Below, in pieces: positions 29,578-39,399 of a stretch of DNA of 64,000 nucleotides. A program made the translations under genes and the position numbers. Position 1 is the stretch's first letter. The number at the start of each line of letters is the position of its first letter. The notes under the pieces were generated by a model. It searched no databases and had not been told where the DNA came from. It was given only the letters and a program-made list of their open reading frames with translations. The stretch is from Candidatus Cloacimonadales bacterium (lineage in GTDB: Bacteria > Cloacimonadota > Cloacimonadia > Cloacimonadales > DAONDQ01). The DNA lies in NCBI GenBank assembly GCA_963662275.1, contig OY759316.1, forward strand, positions 2,560,001 to 2,624,000, in the 5' to 3' direction.

Positions 29578-30936
29578 TTAAGGTTCAATTGTCAACGATA
29601 GTTCATCGCTAATATAGTTAAGGACACGAGTCGTCAAGCCCAGGTTCAAGTTTAGTAGATTGAATTCTTTTCCAAGAGGAGTTTTGTGTTTCTCCCATTT
29701 AGTAATGCCATCATAGATACGGATTGCGGTGGTGTGTTCAGCTTCATCCATAAAGAGGAGCAGTGATTTTAGCGTACCTGTTTTGCCGGATTTCACTTCA
29801 ATGGGAATCATCAGGTTATTCCAAATGATGACATAATCCACTTCTGCGGAAGAATTGCGGGCATTGCGTACCCAGAATCCCAGTTCAAAGCCGGTTTTTT
29901 TTTGCATCGCAATGAGTTGCTGACCTACCAGGTGTTCCATTGCAATTCCTTTATAGATGGAATTGAGGTTAGTAGATGAAAAATATTCTGCCTGAATATT
30001 GGCTTGCATATTGATAAAGCCTGTATCTAAGAAAAGCAGCTTGGGACGCTTGGTCTTCTTGGGTAGGTTTGGTAAAACTGATGACGTATATGGATAGAGC
30101 AATTTAATCAGAGAGGATTGCTCCAGAAGAAGAAAAGCGCTTTTAATTGACTGGCTCTTAAAATCTGAGTTTCCAAATCCTTCAAAGGAAATTTGTTTGC
30201 AGACTTCGCTATAGGCTGTATTCATTATGTGCTGTAGCACGTTTGCCTGCTCAGGAGTAACGGCATATTTTACGGCATCATCACGATAAGCTTGAAGGAT
30301 ACTGCTAAGTACCCTTCGCACATCGGTAATTCTATGGGTTTCCAACCAGATTTGAATAGCTTCCGGCATACCACTAACTAAGGCAAACTCCATGAACTTC
30401 TCTCGTAAAACAGGGTAAGCATATTCTGGAAAAGGAATTTCCTGCATCAGGGATAGCAGTTTATCCTGACCTGCTGCAAGGAGATACTCTTCAAAATTGC
30501 AGGGGTACATCCAGAGATATTCTACTCTGCCGACAGATACTTCCAGTCGATTGCGCCGGATATAAACATCCAATAGTGAACCGGCGGCGATAATATTGAG
30601 TTCCGGCATTCGCTCATAAAAATACCTGAGGCTCAAAAGCGCTTCTGGAGAATACTGGATTTCGTCGATAAATAGTAGAATTCGTTTACCAATCTTGCGG
30701 ATATCCTTTTGAAGCAAAATCAGATTGAAAATGGCTTGTACATCTGTACCATTTATGAAAACGCTCCTATCAGAGGTATCTTCGAGGTTCAGCTCAATGT
30801 ATGTATCAAAGGATTTGCCAAACATTCTGACGGCTGTAGTTTTACCAACCTGACGTGCGCCTCGCAAAACTAAAGGTTTGCGGTGGGATGACTCAGACCA
30901 GTGCTGGAACTCAGTAATGATATGCCGATTGAACAT
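29578..30936 (-). CDS. AAA_14 + DUF4143 ATPase with PD-(D/E)xK C-terminus
   Basis: LRGARQVGKTT, FIDEIQ, AAGSLL, GRV, D.GF, EVDY...PIEVKSG. Confidence 0.9.
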   Translation of the reverse strand: MFNRHIITEFQHWSESSHRKPLVLRGARQVGKTTAVRMFGKSFDTYIELNLEDTSDRSVFINGTDVQAIFNLILLQKDIRKIGKRILLFIDEIQYSPEALLSLRYFYERMPELNIIAAGSLLDVYIRRNRLEVSVGRVEYLWMYPCNFEEYLLAAGQDKLLSLMQEIPFPEYAYPVLREKFMEFALVSGMPEAIQIWLETHRITDVRRVLSSILQAYRDDAVKYAVTPEQANVLQHIMNTAYSEVCKQISFEGFGNSDFKSQSIKSAFLLLEQSSLIKLLYPYTSSVLPNLPKKTKRPKLLFLDTGFINMQANIQAEYFSSTNLNSIYKGIAMEHLVGQQLIAMQKKTGFELGFWVRNARNSSAEVDYVIIWNNLMIPIEVKSGKTGTLKSLLLFMDEAEHTTAIRIYDGITKWEKHKTPLGKEFNLLNLNLGLTTRVLNYISDELSLTIEP

Positions 30937-31301
30937 TGGTACTCCTATAAAATTTTAATACATCCAAATAAATGATGATACGCAATTATGTCAAGGTAAT
31001 TTTGATACTTATATCAGCCAAATACAAGGTAACTTAAAATGATTAGTCACTCAAAAGCAAAGTAATAATCAGCAGTAAGTAAGTTACAATCAAGGGTGTT
31101 TTGATGATGTTGTTAACTCTAGAGTAGAATAATTGTGCATATCATATGATATATTCAAACTGACACTCGGAACAACAAGATATAGCAGATAGACAATTTA
31201 CTTAATTGTTATATTCATTAGGAAGTTGGTTTAAATAGAAAACATATGTCCACGTGGCTGATAATGAGTATATACGTACTAAGAGTTGAAATATCAGATA
31301 A

Positions 31302-31451
31302 TCAGGAATTCAGTTTTTTATCTAAAATGACTATCTGTTTATACAATAATGGAATATCGACTAATATTGTTTGCTAGAGAATACTTAAATCAACTCCTGA
31401 ATAATTATGGATTAACACATCCCGAAATCTTGCCATCATTTGCCTTTTCAT
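31302..31451 (-). pseudogene. internally deleted HEPN (HepT/DUF86) toxin pseudogene
   Basis: ATGA overlap with MNT copy 2; MKRQMMARFRDVLIHNYSGVDLSIL*QTILVDIPLLYKQI carries the RxxxxHxY motif and a TAG (31374-31376) where Trp is expected. Confidence 0.75.
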
Positions 31452-31750
31452 ATATACACTACTTCCTTCAAAATGTTCTTGCCGATATTTGGTCTTAGTG
31501 ATTCAATAGTTACTAAATCTACTTTACTTTTCAAAATACTTTCCAGAAAATCCTGAAGGGCAAAACACTGAAAGAGGGTAATTGGCTCAGAGAGTTCGAT
31601 CAAAGTGTCTATGTCACTATCTTTTGTCTGTTCATCTCTTACTACTGATCCAAATATACCTATTCTTTTAATATGATAAGTAGCAGATAAAACATCTCTA
31701 TTTGCTTGGATTTGGCTACTTATAGATTTCATTTTTGATGACACAAACAC
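31448..31750 (-). CDS. MNT (minimal nucleotidyltransferase) antitoxin, copy 2
   Basis: Same motifs as copy 1; two amino-acid differences and a different stop. Confidence 0.85.
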   Translation of the reverse strand: MFVSSKMKSISSQIQANRDVLSATYHIKRIGIFGSVVRDEQTKDSDIDTLIELSEPITLFQCFALQDFLESILKSKVDLVTIESLRPNIGKNILKEVVYI

Positions 31751-31927
31751 CTCTTAGTTTTGAATTTTCATGTCTATGATTTTTATATTCTCCTCGAATT
31801 ATTATAGTCAAGTTTCTTTGCTATGCTCGCCCATCCTCATCATCATAGAGTGATACTCTTCACAGATAGCAAGAACGATGTCCTGCTCTACAAATCAGTT
31901 CGGAGAACGTTATTCTTTTAGCCCAGA
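31451..31927. repeat. 477-bp direct repeat, copy 2
   Basis: Matches 29091-29567. Confidence 0.95.
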
Positions 31928-32282
31928 AATTTCTTTGTTAGGTTCAATTGGCAACGCAAGTTCACTACGAATATAGCTAAAGACACCTATAGATTTTACT
32001 CGATATTCATCTATAAGAATATCCCTGTTCACCTACAAAGTTTCAATCAGATATTGTAAAGTCATGTTTACTCTTAATAAAATTTCAATTGTATTAAGAG
32101 GTTCTGTAAATAGAATTTAATCGAATATAAGCAGGAAATACAAGTTAATTTAAGAGAATTTATCAACCTAATGCAAGGAGTTTTAATAATATTACATGAA
32201 AGAGATTTGAATCAACTTCCCTCTTGACAACCACAATCCTTTATCCCTAATTCAAACGATAATCGAATGCTGGAGTGTTAAA

Positions 32283-32933
32283 ATGATACCTAGAATCAAG
32301 ATATGCTGCATCGCTAGTATCGAAGAAGCAAAAATGGCAATTGCCTATGGAGCTTCAGCAATCGGGCTGGTTGGCAAGATGCCCAGTGGTCCTGGAGTAA
32401 TTGATGACGCATTGATCTTTAATATTTCGAAAGCAGTTCCACCTCCAATTGCCACATTACTGCTGACAAGCGAAACAACAACTGCCAAGATCATCGAACA
32501 TCACAGAATCACACAAACCAATACTATCCAAATCGTTGACAAACTGACAGAAGGAACATACAGGCATTTAAGAGAAGCACTTCCGGCAATAAAACTTGTC
32601 CAGGTAATCCACGTAATCGATGAAAGCTCCATCGATCTGGCAATTGAACTGTCCGAGTCTGTTGATGCTATTTTACTGGATAGTGGTAATCCATTCCTCG
32701 AAATCAAGGTTCTTGGTGGAACTGGAAAAGTCCATAACTGGAAGTTAAGCAGGCAAATACGGGACAGTATCAATATACCTGTTTTTCTGGCTGGTGGATT
32801 GAACTCTGAAAATGTAAGACAAGCCCTTGAAGAAGTAGAACCTTTCGGTCTTGATCTATGTGGGGGTGTCAGAACTAATGGGATGCTTGATGAAAAGAAA
32901 CTGGCAGAGTTCATGAGGATGGCACAAGGTTAG
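32283..32933 (+). CDS. trpF: phosphoribosylanthranilate isomerase
   Basis: RIKICCI, ILLDS, GGTGKVHNW, FLAGGLN.ENV, GLDLCGGV. Confidence 0.85.
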   Translation: MIPRIKICCIASIEEAKMAIAYGASAIGLVGKMPSGPGVIDDALIFNISKAVPPPIATLLLTSETTTAKIIEHHRITQTNTIQIVDKLTEGTYRHLREALPAIKLVQVIHVIDESSIDLAIELSESVDAILLDSGNPFLEIKVLGGTGKVHNWKLSRQIRDSINIPVFLAGGLNSENVRQALEEVEPFGLDLCGGVRTNGMLDEKKLAEFMRMAQG

Positions 32934-32957
32934 GTGTTAGGTGTTAGGTGTTAGGTG
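32930..32957. repeat. heptamer tandem repeat (TTAGGTG)x4
   Basis: Seen directly. Confidence 0.85.
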
Positions 32958-33098
32958 CTAGTGAATACAAATCCCATCGGGATTAAAGATACTAACGCTC
33001 GGATTTCAATCCGGTGATTTGACTGAAGAGACCTCAACAAGCCCCAGCGGGACGACAGATTTCATAGGATATCTCTTGACTTCGAAAATATATAGTAA

Positions 33099-33246
33099 TG
33101 TAGAGTAGGACGCCGTTCCTGCTAAAACGTAAAACATACTTCAGGAGGTTATTATCTTTCAGCATAGCATCCCAAAAGTATGTGGGACAGATGACATGTG
33201 TCATGCTCTAGAATGATATTCAGCAGGAACAGCGTCCTACTCTACA
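33099..33246. repeat. inverted pair of GTAG-type REP hairpins
   Basis: tgtagagtaggacgccgttcctgct (33099-33123) and agcaggaacagcgtcctactctaca (33222-33246), 24/25 inverted match. Confidence 0.75.
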
Positions 33247-33257
33247 AGGAGATATTT

Positions 33258-36200
33258 ATGATTCGTTATATTCCCCCTTTCATTCTTAATAATTATGAGC
33301 AAAATGTTCTGGAAGGTTCCTTGGATGCTTATGTTTTACTGGTGGATATAGCTGATTTCACAAAGATAGGAACAACCCTGCAAAAAGAAGGAAAACAAGG
33401 TGCTGAAGAGCTTAGCCGTTTCCTGGATATTGCTTTTTGTAATCCAATTGAAATAGTGAGTCAACACGGCGGCTTTATCAGCATATTTGCAGGTGATGCC
33501 TTTTGTGCCATCTTCCCGGATTCTAGAGCAGAGAATATCATCTCGGTCGTAAATTCCATCAGTTCTTTCTTCCTGGAACAAAGCACATTTAAAACTCTTT
33601 TGGGTGAATTTGATCTGAAAGCCAGGCAGACTATCTCTTATGGCAATATCGATTGGCAGATATTCGTGAATGAACTTCAAAATGAATATGTATTCTCCGG
33701 TGATACACTGAAGGAAGTTGCTGATCTATCCTCAAACAAAGAAGATGTTGTTTTCTCAGAATCAGCAATGCGTAATATTGGTGAATCATCTTTTGAAAAA
33801 TATGAAAATGGTTATCGAATTACTAATCAATGCATAATAGATGAACATAAACCCCATGAATTTCAATACTCTTCTACAACTAAATCTAATTTTATCAATC
33901 CCAAGTACAAGACTGAGGTCCCACAAAACGAAATCCGCAGTGCAGCTTATTGTTTTGCCAATTTGGAGAGAATCGATTTAACAAAGAGAGAAGAATCCAT
34001 TGCAATGATCCAGAAGTTGGCAGATAAATACGGTGGTTTCGTTAATAAGTATGATGCAACGGATAAAGGAATGATTGCCATTATTCTTTTTGGCTTGCCT
34101 AAAAGCGATGGTAAGACCTTGGAACGTATCTGCAGTTTCTCTTTGGAAACTGTAGAGTCTATCTCCGGTATTGCTTTGGGGATTAGTTGTGGAAGCGTCT
34201 TTGCAGGATATACAGGCAGCGGTGAAGTCAAGGAATACACAGCCTTAGGTTATCCAATGAACCTGGCTGCAAGATTGATGAGTAAAGCAAGAACCGGTGA
34301 AGTGCTTGCCGATACCTTCCTCTGGCAGGAGATGCAGGTACATTACGATTTCGACTATCTTGGCTCATTGAACTTGAAGGGCATTGCCCAACCACTACGC
34401 TATTACCAGCTCAGTCGTCCTTCCAAGGATAAAGCCTGGCACCAGGAAAGTAGGTTTGTTGGTAGAGATGAGGAATTAACTCAGATCAGGAAAACTCTAG
34501 ATCACAATTTAGAGACTAAAGCAAATACGATCATTTACGTTGCCGGTGATGCAGGAATCGGTAAAAGCAGATTAGTGAAAGAAACGTTGGCAGTATATTC
34601 GGCTAATGCATTTCATAAGTTTTTTATTACTTGTGATTCCATCCTTCCCAAACCGCTGGAAGCGAGCAAGCAGATCGTTCGTACCTTTTTCTACTATAAT
34701 CCCCAGATGCCGCAGGAAGCAGGTATTGCTATGTTTAAAGGGTTGTGGCTCTCCCTTGCAATGGGTGATGCTGAAATGCAGCGTATTGAATCGATTATCG
34801 CTTCCCTGCTTGGTTATGAATGGGAAGGTTCGGTCTGGAGCATCCTGCCACCTGAAGATAAACCCAGCCAGTTGAAGAATGCTTTTATCCGGTTTATGGA
34901 ACAACTGACAAGGACTAAACCTGTCCTCATTCACCTCGATGATGGACAATGGATTGATGAAGAGAGCAAGAACTATCTGCAATCCCTCAGCGAAAAAGAG
35001 ATCAGTCCTATCATGATTGTCAATTCCTGCCGTTATCTTGATAATGGAGAGAAAGCTGACTTAGGGCTATCGCAATACAGAGAAGTGGATATTGATTTGA
35101 ATTCACTCTCTGACAATACCAGTTTAGAATTAATTAGCACTTCTTTACGATTGGAACATGTACCTGAAGAAACTTCGAATCTCATCATCACCAGGGCAAT
35201 GGGAAACCCCTTCTTCATTGAACAGCTCACTTCCTATCTAATGGAAAGCGGCTGTATTAATGACAAAGGCATCATTTCAGGTGACGTAGGTTATCTCAGT
35301 TCCTTCAGCATCAGCGATATCATCAGCAGTCGTATTGACAGGCTTACAGAGCAGGTACGGGAATGTATGTTCAATGCAAGTGTTCTTGGTATGCAGTTCA
35401 ATGTGAAAGTACTCACTCAAATGCTGAACCATCAGATAGATAATGAACTGGAGATAGGCACAATAAACCGCATTTGGAAAGATTTGGATGAAATACGCTA
35501 TATCTTCTCGCATATTCTCATCAAAGACGTTGTCTATCAGCGTATGATGAGTGAAAAGCTGCAAATTCTTCACCAGACTGCTGCCGAATCTATGGAACTT
35601 GTTATTGCCGATAAGCTGGATGAAAATGCAGAAGAAATTGCGCATCATTTTGAGAAGGGGAATCAGATGCTGAAGGCGGCAGAGTATTATGATAAGGCTG
35701 GATGCTGGTTCATGGATAAGTTTGATTTTGCACACTCATCCGCAAATCTTATCAAAGCAATTCAAATTAGAGAAACATTTATTGGATTAGAGCATTCTGA
35801 TACTGCGAAATCACTTTTTAGTCTTGCAAGCTTGTATCATTCCCAAGCTAAATATGACCAAGCAGAAATATACTATTTGAAAGTTTTGGCAATTCAAGAA
35901 AATGTGCTTGGTACAGAACATCCTGAGGTGGCAGAAATTTTGAATACGCTAGCAGGTTTGTATGGTGACTTGGGCAAATTTACCGAAGCTGAGCTACTTT
36001 TAATGAGAAGTTTGGAAATTTTCGAACGTTCTCTTAAAGAAAACTACCCCATAAAAACAACTACACTAACTAACTTAGGGTGGTTTTATGAATATCAAAG
36101 TAATTATGATCAAGCTGAACTTTATCACATAAGAGCCTTGGTTCTCCAAGAGAAGATACATGGTAATACTCATCCGGAAACTGCTGAGACTCTATTAAAT

Positions 36201-36794
36201 CTGGCAGCGTTATACACAAAACAAGGAAAATATAACGAAGCCGAACAACTTTTACTTAGAGCTTTGGAAATAAATGAAAATATTCTCGGACTAATGCATC
36301 CAAATACTGCTGAAACTCTAAGTAACCTAGCATATCTGTATCGTTGCCAGGGTAAATATAAAGAATCGGAATTGCAATATTTACGGACATTAGATATAAG
36401 AAAAAATGTGTTTGGAGAAGATCATCCCTATACTGCAAGAACAATATTTATGTTAGCTTCATTATTCATGTCTCAAAGAAAATACAACCAGGCAGAACAG
36501 CTTTACCTTAGAGCAAAGGATATCAGAGAAAAGATGTATGGTACTTACCATCCATCAACAGCAAACAGTTACAAGTATCTTGCTATTTTGTATAAAGCTC
36601 AAGGACTATTCGATAAGTCAGAATCATTATTTTTAAAATCTCTGGAGATTAGAGAGAAAGTAATGGGTGTGGAAAACCCATGGACGAAAACTACATTGGA
36701 AGAGATAATTGATTTATACGAAAAAATGGGACAGCCAGACAAAGCAGCAGAATACAGAGCCAAACTTGATGAAATACAGAAAAAAGAAGACTAA
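33258..36794 (+). CDS. class III adenylate/guanylate cyclase (tandem domains) + STAND AAA ATPase + TPR repeats
   Basis: VDIADFT, FAGDA, DKG, NLAARLM; FVGRDEEL, GDAGIGKSRL, LDDGQW, GNPFF; C-terminal 42-aa TPR repeats; ATG 33258 with AGGAG RBS. Confidence 0.9.
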   Translation: MIRYIPPFILNNYEQNVLEGSLDAYVLLVDIADFTKIGTTLQKEGKQGAEELSRFLDIAFCNPIEIVSQHGGFISIFAGDAFCAIFPDSRAENIISVVNSISSFFLEQSTFKTLLGEFDLKARQTISYGNIDWQIFVNELQNEYVFSGDTLKEVADLSSNKEDVVFSESAMRNIGESSFEKYENGYRITNQCIIDEHKPHEFQYSSTTKSNFINPKYKTEVPQNEIRSAAYCFANLERIDLTKREESIAMIQKLADKYGGFVNKYDATDKGMIAIILFGLPKSDGKTLERICSFSLETVESISGIALGISCGSVFAGYTGSGEVKEYTALGYPMNLAARLMSKARTGEVLADTFLWQEMQVHYDFDYLGSLNLKGIAQPLRYYQLSRPSKDKAWHQESRFVGRDEELTQIRKTLDHNLETKANTIIYVAGDAGIGKSRLVKETLAVYSANAFHKFFITCDSILPKPLEASKQIVRTFFYYNPQMPQEAGIAMFKGLWLSLAMGDAEMQRIESIIASLLGYEWEGSVWSILPPEDKPSQLKNAFIRFMEQLTRTKPVLIHLDDGQWIDEESKNYLQSLSEKEISPIMIVNSCRYLDNGEKADLGLSQYREVDIDLNSLSDNTSLELISTSLRLEHVPEETSNLIITRAMGNPFFIEQLTSYLMESGCINDKGIISGDVGYLSSFSISDIISSRIDRLTEQVRECMFNASVLGMQFNVKVLTQMLNHQIDNELEIGTINRIWKDLDEIRYIFSHILIKDVVYQRMMSEKLQILHQTAAESMELVIADKLDENAEEIAHHFEKGNQMLKAAEYYDKAGCWFMDKFDFAHSSANLIKAIQIRETFIGLEHSDTAKSLFSLASLYHSQAKYDQAEIYYLKVLAIQENVLGTEHPEVAEILNTLAGLYGDLGKFTEAELLLMRSLEIFERSLKENYPIKTTTLTNLGWFYEYQSNYDQAELYHIRALVLQEKIHGNTHPETAETLLNLAALYTKQGKYNEAEQLLLRALEINENILGLMHPNTAETLSNLAYLYRCQGKYKESELQYLRTLDIRKNVFGEDHPYTARTIFMLASLFMSQRKYNQAEQLYLRAKDIREKMYGTYHPSTANSYKYLAILYKAQGLFDKSESLFLKSLEIREKVMGVENPWTKTTLEEIIDLYEKMGQPDKAAEYRAKLDEIQKKED

Positions 36795-36857
36795 TCGAAA
36801 AACCTCATTTCGACTTCGCTCAATGACCGGAATCATTTGCGCAAGCTTTGGAAAAAT

Positions 36858-38816
36858 TTACTCAGTTGTAGGCTGTTCCTCAGCATTGAGAATCACAGTG
36901 AAAGTGGAGCCCTCACCAAGTTTGGAGGTGACCATTATCTTGCCCTGCAATTGTTTGACATACGTATTGCAGAGACCGATACCAAATCCAGTACCGCTTT
37001 CGGCGTTTGTTCCCTGTTTCAGCTCGGGAGTTCCCAGGAGGAGGTTTTCCATTCCCCTTGCGGAAATTCCAATACCTGTATCAATGATCTCGATTCGTAC
37101 TTTATCATGCTCTTGGCGGATTCGGACAGTCACAGATCCTTTTTCCGGTGTGAACTTTATGGCATTATGGATGAGATTGCGGACGATCGTGTGCAGGCAG
37201 TTTTTTTCAGCCATTGCCAGGACTTCCGGTTCTCCTTCGTATTTAAGATTCATGGACTTTAGCAGAGCAGAACTTTTATACATATTGATGCAATCATTCA
37301 CGATAGGAACGATGTTGAGCTTCTCAATCTGATTCAGGTAGTGCTGCTGTTTATTACTCCAGGAAAGCATATCGCTCAGTAGGTTACCGGTATTGCTAAG
37401 TGAAAGTGTCAACTCCTTCAGTAAATCATCTGTTTCTTCCTCCGGGAAGTCTTTCATTTGAATCATATTGAGAAACTGAACGGAAGCCAATACCGGTCCT
37501 CTGACATCATGGGAGATCACAGAAAACAGTTTATGCATCAGTGCATTTGAATTTTCCAGATCTGCATTCACCATATTCAGTAGGGTCGATTGTTCAGAAA
37601 TCAATGTATTGAGGTTGGTGAGTTCTATATTTCTTTGCCTGTAGATTTCCGATTGTTCTTCGATCTTTTTTCTATAGTAATCAGCTTCCGACTTTGCGAT
37701 CAGTATCTTGGGATTATCTTCAAGGATAAGAGAATACATTTTCGTAGATTTGTGCAGATATTGATAAGCAAGCTCGAATTTATTCTGCTTTGCGTAGAGT
37801 TTGCTCAGAAACTTACTAGAGCCTTGGATCACATGGAGTGAGTTTATCTCAGTTGCCAGTTCATAAGCCTTCAAACCGTATTCCTCAGCGATAGCTGTTT
37901 CATTTGTATCATAAGATAACCACGCCAGCTTCACAAGCATTCCGGAAAGAGCTATTTTATCATCACCTTCCTCAAACAGGATGCGCGCCTTATGGAAGTA
38001 CTCAAGGGCTGGGGAAAATTTTTTTTGTCTATACAAAATGTTCCCCATGTTGGCATAAGTATTGCCTATTTCAAGGTCGTTGGCAAATGACTTCTTCAAC
38101 TCCAATGATTTATTGGCATAATCCAGTGCCAGATCAAACTTGCTCAAATCATCATAGACCATGCTCAGGTTACTGTAAGCGAAAGATAAGTAGCGGTAAT
38201 TCTTAGTATTCTCAAAACTCAGTGCTGCTTTATTGTATAATTCCAGGGACTTGTCGAATTGCTTCAATTTCATATAAGAACTTGCCAGGTTGAAGAAATC
38301 GGTGGCAGTTTCGGTTTCTCTACCTAATTCTTCATCGATCTTTAAACATTGGTACTGGCATTCCAAGGCTTCCCTGTGACGGTCAGTCATAGAATAGGAA
38401 ATGCCAAGATTGTTGTAGATATCTGCCTGGGTCTTGGTGTCAGTGATTTCCGTAAGAAGATTTATCCAGCCTTCAATTGCTTTCAAATAATCTGATCGGA
38501 TGGCGCTGAGAATACAGATGCCATTCACTGCTTTAACTTTAAAGGATTTGTCATCCACATTCTTACACATCTGGAGGGAAGCTTCATATGCTTTCTTAGA
38601 TCGTTCAAAATCACCGATTTTAGCACAGGCATCACCTAACCCAAGATGCAATTTAAGACACGTTTCCAGTTCCATATTACTGACATCTCCAGCTAGAAGA
38701 TCACTGATATCTGTAATCAGGCTAGAGATTTGCTTCTTATCAAGTTTGTTAATACTCGTACAAGAATCAAGTGCAGCTTTGATTTGTGGACTAGTTTCAA
38801 GAATTTTGTTGTTCAT
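36858..38816 (-). CDS. TPR-repeat sensor histidine kinase
   Basis: TPRs; H-box ISHDVRGP; NLIHNAIKFT, DTGIG, GTGFGIG, GEGSTF. Confidence 0.9.
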   Translation of the reverse strand: MNNKILETSPQIKAALDSCTSINKLDKKQISSLITDISDLLAGDVSNMELETCLKLHLGLGDACAKIGDFERSKKAYEASLQMCKNVDDKSFKVKAVNGICILSAIRSDYLKAIEGWINLLTEITDTKTQADIYNNLGISYSMTDRHREALECQYQCLKIDEELGRETETATDFFNLASSYMKLKQFDKSLELYNKAALSFENTKNYRYLSFAYSNLSMVYDDLSKFDLALDYANKSLELKKSFANDLEIGNTYANMGNILYRQKKFSPALEYFHKARILFEEGDDKIALSGMLVKLAWLSYDTNETAIAEEYGLKAYELATEINSLHVIQGSSKFLSKLYAKQNKFELAYQYLHKSTKMYSLILEDNPKILIAKSEADYYRKKIEEQSEIYRQRNIELTNLNTLISEQSTLLNMVNADLENSNALMHKLFSVISHDVRGPVLASVQFLNMIQMKDFPEEETDDLLKELTLSLSNTGNLLSDMLSWSNKQQHYLNQIEKLNIVPIVNDCINMYKSSALLKSMNLKYEGEPEVLAMAEKNCLHTIVRNLIHNAIKFTPEKGSVTVRIRQEHDKVRIEIIDTGIGISARGMENLLLGTPELKQGTNAESGTGFGIGLCNTYVKQLQGKIMVTSKLGEGSTFTVILNAEEQPTTE

Positions 38817-39399
38817 ATTTTTTACCTTATCAAGAAAATACAAATGACAATATTTAAGTCAAGGGAATTTAATCCAAACAATACAATGCTTCAGCATATT
38901 GAAAGTATACACGACCCAACTGGGGAGCGATAAATACACCAATAAAATGAAAATGCAGTAATCTGTTTTGCGGCATACTGAGAGATAAATAATCTACTCT
39001 CCAATTCTTGCTATCTTTCTCCCTTGTTTATACCTGATCAAATGCAAGTCCAAACAGGAATAAATTGTGGCATATGAGAAGTATCTCTATCAGACAATAT
39101 AACAAAGAAGAAGAATGAGATTAAAAGCTGATTCATAATGTAATTGAGTCCTGAATCTCGATCGTATTTAAAAGACTCTATATTATATTATAGTACTTGT
39201 TAAACTTCAGCAAAGTTTAAGATTCATATGGAAAATCAAGTATTTTATATAACAATAAATACAGTAATAATTTACTTGACTATATTCAAATGTATTTGTA
39301 AAATTGACATGTTTAAGTAAATTATTGAAAAATTCGTAATCAATTGAATTCAAGAATTATACTTATCCAAATTCATAACCCATATCAAGGAGGAAAAAA

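Noticed and set aside
31374..31376. In-frame TAG as stop-codon recoding
   Set aside because: TAG terminates many intact genes here and this gene also has a large deletion; simple decay is more likely.
36709..37332. 207-aa and 141-aa + strand ORFs
   Set aside because: Antisense shadows of the histidine kinase gene.
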